Positions 57,787 to 64,000 of a stretch of DNA of 64,000 nt are shown here, piece after piece. The DNA is from an uncultured Candidatus Rokubacteria bacterium (GTDB lineage Bacteria > Methylomirabilota > Methylomirabilia > Rokubacteriales > DASRDR01): the NCBI GenBank assembly GCA_963826115.1, contig CAWGVS010000005.1, forward strand, positions 832,001-896,000. Reading direction: 5' to 3'. The stretch's first letter is position 1, and each line of letters opens with the position of its first letter. Made by a program: the position numbers and the translations under genes. The notes beneath the pieces are model-generated. The model was not told the origin of the DNA. It searched no databases and worked only from the letters and a program-made list of their open reading frames with translations.

Positions 57787-59130
57787 TCAGGGTCCGTCCC
57801 GCGGAACCATGCCCTCGACCGACCAGGCCAGGAGCTCGACGGGATGGTACGCGCGCACCTCGAGACCCCGGTCGGCAAGGCCGCGGCGGAGCTGCAGGAG
57901 GCACCCGGGATTGCCGGTCGCCACCACGCCGGCCTTCGTTCCGGCGACCCGGTCGAGCTTCCGCGCCAGGAGCTGGCCGGAGATCTCCGGCTCCATGAGG
58001 TTGTAGACCCCGGCGGAGCCGCAGCAGAGGTCGGACTCCGGGAGCTCGACCAGCGTGAGCCCCGGGATCGCGCGGAGGATGGCGCGCGGCGCCTCCCGGA
58101 CGCGCTGGCCGTGCGCCAGATGACACGGCTCGTGGTAGGTCACCGTGAGGTCGAGCGGCTGCCGTGGCCCGGGCAGGTTCTCGGCGAGGAGCTCGGTCAC
58201 GTCCCGCACGCGCGCGGCGATCCGGGTCGCCCGCGGATCGTCCGCGAGGAGATGGCCGTAGTCGCGGAGCGCCGCGCCGCATCCGGCCGCGTTCGTGACG
58301 ATCCAGTCCGCGCCCGCGAAGGCCGCGAGATTCCGCCGGGCCTGCTCGCGCCCGCCCGCCCGATCCCCCCAGTGGAGGTGGAGGGCCCCGCAGCACCCCT
58401 GCCCCTCCGGCACGACCACCCGGTAGCCGGCGCGGGCGAGGAGGCTCACGGTCGCGCGGTTCACGCCCGGGAACAGGAGCGACTGGACGCATCCCTCGAG
58501 GAGCGCGACCGTGCCGCGCGAGGCGCCCGCCGCCGGCGGGGTTTCACGCGGCAGCGCGGCGCCGGCGCCGCCCGGGAGGGCCGGCAGGAGCCGCTCCATC
58601 GCGCCGAGGCGCGGGAAGCGCCCGAGGACCCCGGACCCGCGGACCAGACGCTGGAGGCCGGAGCGCTGGTAGAGACGGGTCAGGGCCAGGATCCGCGCGA
58701 GCCGTCGCCGGTCGGGGAACACGCCAAGGATGAAGCGTCCGAGGAGCCGTCGCCCGAGAGGCCGCGGCACCCGCCGCTCGATCTGTCCGCGCGTCTCCTC
58801 GATCAGGCGGCCGAACGGCACCCCGGCCGGGCACGCGGTCTCGCACGCGCGGCAGCCGAGGCAGCGGTCCATGTGGAGGAGGAAGTTCTCGGTGAGGCCG
58901 ATGCGTCCCTCGGACGCGGCGCGCATGAGGTAGACGCGGCCGCGCGGCGAGTCCATCTCCTGGCCGAGCACCTGGTACGTCGGGCACTGCGGCAGACAGA
59001 TCCCGCAGTGCATGCAGTCGAGGATGCCCTCCCAGTCCGGCGGTTCCAGGCCGTCGAACGCGCCCAGGGGGCGCGGGACGGCGTGCCCGGTCTCGGCGGC
59101 GCTGAGTGACGTCGCGTGCTCGGTTGCCAT
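57787..59130 (-). CDS. glcF: Glycolate oxidase iron-sulfur subunit
   Basis: CMHCGICLPQCP, CLGCRACETACP and two CCG domains. Confidence 0.92.
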   Translation of the reverse strand: MATEHATSLSAAETGHAVPRPLGAFDGLEPPDWEGILDCMHCGICLPQCPTYQVLGQEMDSPRGRVYLMRAASEGRIGLTENFLLHMDRCLGCRACETACPAGVPFGRLIEETRGQIERRVPRPLGRRLLGRFILGVFPDRRRLARILALTRLYQRSGLQRLVRGSGVLGRFPRLGAMERLLPALPGGAGAALPRETPPAAGASRGTVALLEGCVQSLLFPGVNRATVSLLARAGYRVVVPEGQGCCGALHLHWGDRAGGREQARRNLAAFAGADWIVTNAAGCGAALRDYGHLLADDPRATRIAARVRDVTELLAENLPGPRQPLDLTVTYHEPCHLAHGQRVREAPRAILRAIPGLTLVELPESDLCCGSAGVYNLMEPEISGQLLARKLDRVAGTKAGVVATGNPGCLLQLRRGLADRGLEVRAYHPVELLAWSVEGMVPRDGP

Positions 59131-60444
59131 TCAGATCCCGCCCACGTACCGGCCGGGATTGAGGACGCCGCCCGGATCGAGCTCGCGCTTCAGGCGGCGC
59201 ATGGACTCGAGCGCGGCGCCCACGCTCCCCCAGATGTCGAGGCCCGGCAGGGCGTCCGGCGGGGCGTGCTCGACGACACAGCTCCCCCCGAGGGTGCCGA
59301 CCGCGTCGCGGACGTGCGCGACGGCGTCCCGGACCCGGCCGCTCTGGATGGGCGTGGCCGCGGCGTGGAGCACGCCGGTGGCGAGGTCGGCGGTGGCGAC
59401 GATCTCGCGCGTGCCGAGCCCGGCCGCCTCGATCGCGCGGAGCGCCTTCGCGACGTCCGTTGGCCGGGCGCCGATGCGGAGCGACAGATGCGTCGCCGGG
59501 TCGCGCGGCCAGCCCACGTCGGCGACGGTTCGCCACCAGGCGTCGGCGTCCGGCACCTCGATCGGCGCGCCGCCCGCCCGGCCACAGACCTCGGCGACCC
59601 GCGCGCCCTGCGCGCGGACGGCGTCGGGCACGCTGGCGATGGTCACGGCAAGGGCCGCGCCGGGCGGCGAGGCCTCACCCAGGGCGCGCAGCGCGCCGGC
59701 GTCGAGGAGCTGGCAGCGGCTCAGGACGACGGGGGTGTCGCGAACGTCGAGCGCGGCCTCGAGGGCCGCCTCCGCGCTGCCGAAGCCGAACACCCAGCTC
59801 CGCTCCTCCGCGGGGCGCGGGTGGAGCCGGAGGTGCGCCTCGACGACCACGCCCAGCGTGCCGAGGGCGCCCACGTGGAGCTTCGGGATGTCATAGCCCG
59901 TGACGTTCTTGACCACGCGCCCGCCGCCCTTGACGACCGTGCCGTCCGCGCGGACGACGGTGAGACCGACGAGGAGGTCGCGCATCGTCCCGTACCGCGC
60001 CCGGTAAGGCCCCGCCGCGCCGGTCGCGATCAGCCCACCGACCGTCGAGGCCTCCGGCCGCGCGGGATCGAGCGGGACGAACTGCCCGTGCGGCCGCAGG
60101 ATCGCGTCGAGGGCCGGGAGCGTGGCCCCGCACTCGACCGAGAGCGTGAGGTCCGCCGGCTCGTACGCCAGGACCCGATCGAGCCGCGCGAGGGAGAGGA
60201 CGATGTCGAGCCGGCTGGGCGGCGCCCCCCACGCGAGCCTTGCACCGGCCCCCGTGGGCGCCACCGCGAGGCCACGCGCGCTCGCGAGAGCCAGGACGCG
60301 GCTCACGCCGTCGACGCTCGTGGGCGCCGCGACGAAGCGAGGCCTGACGCCGGCCACGGCGTGCGCGCCCGCCAAGTCGCCGGCGAGGACCATTCCGGGG
60401 CCGGCGGCCTCCTCGAGGTCCCGCCCGAGGTCGGCCGCGGTCAC
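59131..60444 (-). CDS. glcE: Glycolate oxidase FAD-binding subunit
   Basis: STVGG, GGRVVKNVTGYD and LDPGGVLNPG motifs. GTGA overlap with glcD. Confidence 0.88.
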   Translation of the reverse strand: MTAADLGRDLEEAAGPGMVLAGDLAGAHAVAGVRPRFVAAPTSVDGVSRVLALASARGLAVAPTGAGARLAWGAPPSRLDIVLSLARLDRVLAYEPADLTLSVECGATLPALDAILRPHGQFVPLDPARPEASTVGGLIATGAAGPYRARYGTMRDLLVGLTVVRADGTVVKGGGRVVKNVTGYDIPKLHVGALGTLGVVVEAHLRLHPRPAEERSWVFGFGSAEAALEAALDVRDTPVVLSRCQLLDAGALRALGEASPPGAALAVTIASVPDAVRAQGARVAEVCGRAGGAPIEVPDADAWWRTVADVGWPRDPATHLSLRIGARPTDVAKALRAIEAAGLGTREIVATADLATGVLHAAATPIQSGRVRDAVAHVRDAVGTLGGSCVVEHAPPDALPGLDIWGSVGAALESMRRLKRELDPGGVLNPGRYVGGI

Positions 60445-61883
60445 ACCCACATGCCCTCCGGGACCGGCTTCCCCGCGCCGACGGAGGCCGGCGCGCAGGC
60501 GTGCTGACCCGATGGGAAGACCTTCCGGGGATTCATGAGCCCCTGAGGGTCAAACACCCGTCGTACCGCGTGCATCACCTCGAGGTCATCGGGCGTGAAG
60601 AGGAGCGCGAGCTTCTCGGCCTTGTCGAGGCCGACCCCGTGCTCCCCGGTGACGGTCCCCCCGAGCTCGATGCAGGCGACGAGGATCTCCTCGTTCGCCT
60701 CGAGCGCCCGCTCGAACTCGCCCGGGACCCGCTCGTCGTAGCAGATCATCGGGTGGAGGTTGCCGTCGCCTGCGTGAAACACGTTGGCGACCACGAGGCC
60801 GTGGCGGGCGGCGATCGCCTGGATCTGCGCCATGATCGTCGGGAGCTTCGAGCGCGGCACGACCGCGTCCTGCAGGACGTAGTTGTGCGTGATGCGCCCC
60901 ACCGCGCCGGCGGCCTCCTTTCGCCCCTTCCAGAGGAGTGCCCGCTCGGCGTCGTCCCGGGCCACGCGCATCGTCAGGGAGCCCGTCTCGCGGCAGATCC
61001 GCGCGACGGCGTCGGCCTGAGCCTCGACCTCGGCGGCCGGCCCGTCGAGTTCGATCAGGAGGACGGCCTTGGCCTCGGTCGGGTAGCCGGCGTGCACGCC
61101 TGCCTCCACCGCCCGGATGATCGGCTCGTCCATCGCCTCGAGCGCGGCGGGCACGATGCCCTGGGCGATGATCGCCGAGACCGCGGCCGAGGCCACCTCG
61201 ATCGACTCGAAGGTCGCAACCGCCGTCCGCACCGCCTCCGCGGCCCGCGTGAGCTTGACGACGACCTTGGTCACGATGCCGAGCGTGCCCTCGGAGCCGA
61301 CCGCGACACCCGCCAGGTCGTAGCCGGGCCGCTCCGCAACGGGGCCGCCGAGGGTCAGGAGCTCCCCGGTGCCCGTCACGATCTCGAGGCCCAGCACGTG
61401 GTGGGCCACGTTCCCGTACTTGAGCGCGTGGGGGCCGCCGGCGTTGGTCGCGGCGTTCCCCCCGATCGACGAGACCATCTGGCTCGACGGGTCCGGTGCG
61501 AAGTAGTAGCCGCGATCCTGGACGGCCCGCGTGAGGGCCAGGTTGATGACCCCGGGCTCCACGACCGCGTACCGGTTCCGGAGGTCGACCTCGAGGATCC
61601 GGTTCATGCGGTTGAGCCCGATCATGACCCCGCCCTCGGGCGCGGTGGCCCCGCCGATCAGCCCGGTGCCCGAGCCGCGGGGCACGATCGGGACCCCGGC
61701 CTCGAGGCAACGCCGCATCACCGCCTGGACCTCGGCGGTCGAGCGGGGCAGCGCGACTAGGTCGGGCATGCCCTTGTAGTAGACGAGCATGTCGCACTCG
61801 TAGACCAATCGCTGGTCCGCGGCGGAGACGAGCCCGTCGCGGCCGACGATGTCGCGGAGGGCGTCTACGAAGTGGCGGTCCAT
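60441..61883 (-). CDS. glcD: Glycolate oxidase FAD-linked subunit
   Basis: PRGSGTG, APDPSS, GSEGTLG, FHAGDGNLHP and GEHGVG motifs. Confidence 0.92.
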   Translation of the reverse strand: MDRHFVDALRDIVGRDGLVSAADQRLVYECDMLVYYKGMPDLVALPRSTAEVQAVMRRCLEAGVPIVPRGSGTGLIGGATAPEGGVMIGLNRMNRILEVDLRNRYAVVEPGVINLALTRAVQDRGYYFAPDPSSQMVSSIGGNAATNAGGPHALKYGNVAHHVLGLEIVTGTGELLTLGGPVAERPGYDLAGVAVGSEGTLGIVTKVVVKLTRAAEAVRTAVATFESIEVASAAVSAIIAQGIVPAALEAMDEPIIRAVEAGVHAGYPTEAKAVLLIELDGPAAEVEAQADAVARICRETGSLTMRVARDDAERALLWKGRKEAAGAVGRITHNYVLQDAVVPRSKLPTIMAQIQAIAARHGLVVANVFHAGDGNLHPMICYDERVPGEFERALEANEEILVACIELGGTVTGEHGVGLDKAEKLALLFTPDDLEVMHAVRRVFDPQGLMNPRKVFPSGQHACAPASVGAGKPVPEGMWV

Positions 61884-61986
61884 CGGGTCTCCCGAGCGGG
61901 CATGGCCACAGCGGTCGGCATCGAGCGGCGCCGTCGCGCGGACCCCGTGCCGGGCCGGGGACCCGGCGCCGGCGGGGTCGCCGGTG

Positions 61987-63012
61987 TCAGCGGATCGTCC
62001 AGGTGTCGCCGGACGTCAGAAGCCGCGCGATGTCTCCCGGGCCGCGCTCGGACACGGCGCGCTTCTCCTGTTCGGCGATGAGGTCCTCGTAGATCGGCGC
62101 CTCGACCTTGGCCAGGACGCCGACGGGGATCGGGAAGTCCGGGCTGGTCAGGCTCGCCAGGACCAGGGCCGAGCCGACGTCGCCCTGGTCGTGTACCCAC
62201 AGGCGTTCGGGCGCCACCTCGCTCGTGGCGACGATGCGGGGTTTCACGGCGTCCAGGACCAGGCCCTTCCGCGCGTCCGCGGACCCGAAGACCAGGGGCT
62301 TCCCGTGCTCGACCCGGAGCTCGTGCTCGACCTTGGACTCTCGGTCGTAGAGGATCCCCCACGCCATGTCGTTGTAGATGTTGCAGTTCTGGAGGATCTC
62401 GACGAAGGCCGCGCCGCGGTGGGCGGCCGCGCGCTTGAGCGTCTCTTCCATGTGCGCGATGTTCCGGTCCACCGTGCGCGCGACGAACGTGGCGCCCACG
62501 CCGAGCGCGAACGCGCACGGGTTGATCGGGCGGTCGGTGGACCCCAGCGGCGTCGACTTCGTCACCTTCCCCAGCTCGCTGGTCGGCGAGTACTGCCCCT
62601 TGGTGAGCCCGTAGATCCGGTTGTTGAACAGGAGGATCGTCAGGTTCACGTTCCGCCGGAGAACGTGGAGCATGTGGTTCCCGCCGATCGACAGCCCGTC
62701 GCCGTCGCCGGTCACCACGAAGACCTTGAGGTCGGGGCGCGCGAGGCGCAGGCCCGTCGCGATCGCCGGCGCGCGGCCGTGGATCGTGTGGAACCCGTAG
62801 GTGTTCATGTAGTACGGGAACCGGCTCGAGCAGCCGATCCCCGAGATGAACACGATATCCTCCCGGGGCACGCCGAGGTCCGGCATCATCTTCTGGATCG
62901 TCGACAGGATCGCGTAGTCCCCGCAGCCGGGGCACCACCGGACGTCCTGGTCCGACTCGAAATCCTTCTTGGTGTAGCGCGGCGCCTGCGGGGCGTTCGT
63001 GGGAGTGCTCAT
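61987..63012 (-). CDS. korB: 2-oxoacid:ferredoxin oxidoreductase beta subunit
   Basis: WCPGCGD, SGIGCSSR, HGRA, GDGD and YGLTKGQYSPT motifs. Confidence 0.95.
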   Translation of the reverse strand: MSTPTNAPQAPRYTKKDFESDQDVRWCPGCGDYAILSTIQKMMPDLGVPREDIVFISGIGCSSRFPYYMNTYGFHTIHGRAPAIATGLRLARPDLKVFVVTGDGDGLSIGGNHMLHVLRRNVNLTILLFNNRIYGLTKGQYSPTSELGKVTKSTPLGSTDRPINPCAFALGVGATFVARTVDRNIAHMEETLKRAAAHRGAAFVEILQNCNIYNDMAWGILYDRESKVEHELRVEHGKPLVFGSADARKGLVLDAVKPRIVATSEVAPERLWVHDQGDVGSALVLASLTSPDFPIPVGVLAKVEAPIYEDLIAEQEKRAVSERGPGDIARLLTSGDTWTIR

Positions 63013-64000
63013 CGCTTGTCCTCGACCAGCTGGCTGATGGCCCCGACGAGGTCCTGCGTGGCCAGCGGCACGCCGCGCACGCGGTTGAACCCGACCGCGT
63101 CCACCAGGTACTCCGCCCGCAGGACGCGCACGAGCTGCCCGCTGTTGATCTCCGGCACGAGCACGCGCCGGTACTGGCGAAGGATCGACCCGAGGTCGGG
63201 CGGCAACGGACTCAAGTGCCGCAGGTGGATGCTGGCCACGGAGTGGCCGGCCGCCTGTGCCTCCTCCACGGCCGCGGTGATCGTCCCGTAGGTCCCGCCC
63301 CACCCGACCACCAGGAGATCGCCCCCGGCCGGGCCCTGGATGGTCGTCGGCGGGATCTCCTGCGCGACGCGCCGGACCTTCTCCGCCCGGAGCCGCACCA
63401 TCAGGTCGTGGTTGTCGGAATCGTACGACACGTTGCCGGTGACGTCCTGCTTCTCGAGACCGCCGATCCGGTGCTCGAGCCCGGGCGTCCCCGGGCGCAC
63501 CCACGGCCGCGCGAGCGTGGCCTCCTCTCGCGCGTAGGGGTGGAAGTTCTCGGGATCGGTGCGGAAGCGCACCTCGATGTCCGGGAGGGTCTTCGGGTCC
63601 GGGATGAGCCAGGGCTCGGCGCCGTTGGCCAGGTAGCCGTCCGACAGCACGATCACCGGGACCATGTACTTGACGGCGATCCGGATCGCCTCGTAGGCGA
63701 CGAAGAAGCAGTCGCCGGGCGTCGCGGGCGCGAGCACCACGACCGGGCACTCGCTGTTCCGCCCGTACAGCGCCTGCATCAGGTCGGCCTGCTCGGTCTT
63801 CGTCGGGAGTCCGGTGGACGGGCCGCCCCGCTGGATGTCGAAGATCACGATGGGCAGCTCGGCCATGACGGCCAGCGCGATGCCCTCGGACTTGAGCGCG
63901 AGCCCGGGACCGCTGGTCGCGCAGAGGCCGATGCCGCCGCCGAAGGCCGCGCCGATGACCGCGCCCACCGCCGCGATCTCGTCCTCGGCCTGGAACGTCC
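63009..64000 (-). CDS. korA: 2-oxoacid:ferredoxin oxidoreductase alpha subunit (5' end off the window)
   Basis: QAEDEIAA, TSGPG, QRGGPSTGLPT, HRIGGLE and PEIN.GQ motifs. Confidence 0.95.
   Translation of the reverse strand, partial: TFQAEDEIAAVGAVIGAAFGGGIGLCATSGPGLALKSEGIALAVMAELPIVIFDIQRGGPSTGLPTKTEQADLMQALYGRNSECPVVVLAPATPGDCFFVAYEAIRIAVKYMVPVIVLSDGYLANGAEPWLIPDPKTLPDIEVRFRTDPENFHPYAREEATLARPWVRPGTPGLEHRIGGLEKQDVTGNVSYDSDNHDLMVRLRAEKVRRVAQEIPPTTIQGPAGGDLLVVGWGGTYGTITAAVEEAQAAGHSVASIHLRHLSPLPPDLGSILRQYRRVLVPEINSGQLVRVLRAEYLVDAVGFNRVRGVPLATQDLVGAISQLVEDKR

Overview
A very GC-rich bacterial chromosome segment, mostly core and housekeeping genes. I found no rRNA, tRNA, CRISPR, IS or prophage. 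The gene content (lptE, tolC, class II RNR, OFOR, glcDEF) suggests a diderm, possibly Ca. Rokubacteria/Methylomirabilota; this is inference only. Gene order: holA(partial)-lptE-leuS, uvrC-uvrB-HNH, proline dehydrogenase, ppx plus a hybrid kinase, cytochrome c, NCS2 permease-hypothetical-nrdJ (tandem NrdR boxes), a TetR/RND/TolC/MacAB efflux cluster, nth, a GH99-like gene, an amidohydrolase and an SDR. Next is a roughly 10-gene minus-strand operon (ABC pair, ATL, YbaK, UPF0282 MBL, peroxiredoxin, nfo, methyltransferase, hydrolase, Nudix), then suhB-DUF2889 and an ALDH. The last third holds a TIGR02757-rmuC-GroES-like-M20-MEMO1-DUF1285 run, nadX, trxB, csp, split MetE, glcDEF and korAB (partial). 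Highlights: (1) a peroxiredoxin with an in-frame UGA exactly at the peroxidatic Cys followed by a SECIS-like hairpin, so a probable selenoprotein missed by the ORF track, whose stop overlaps a probable CTG start of nfo; (2) seven genes with a -10 hexamer exactly 7 nt before the start codon (leaderless mRNAs); (3) an orphan divergent GroES, a hybrid kinase lacking its His, an RRE-like domain fused to MEMO1, a Spy/CpxP-like insert in a MacA adaptor, a split MetE lacking the Zn-ligand Glu, and a degenerate SRP-RNA-like hairpin. All family calls are by motif recognition; no database searches were run.
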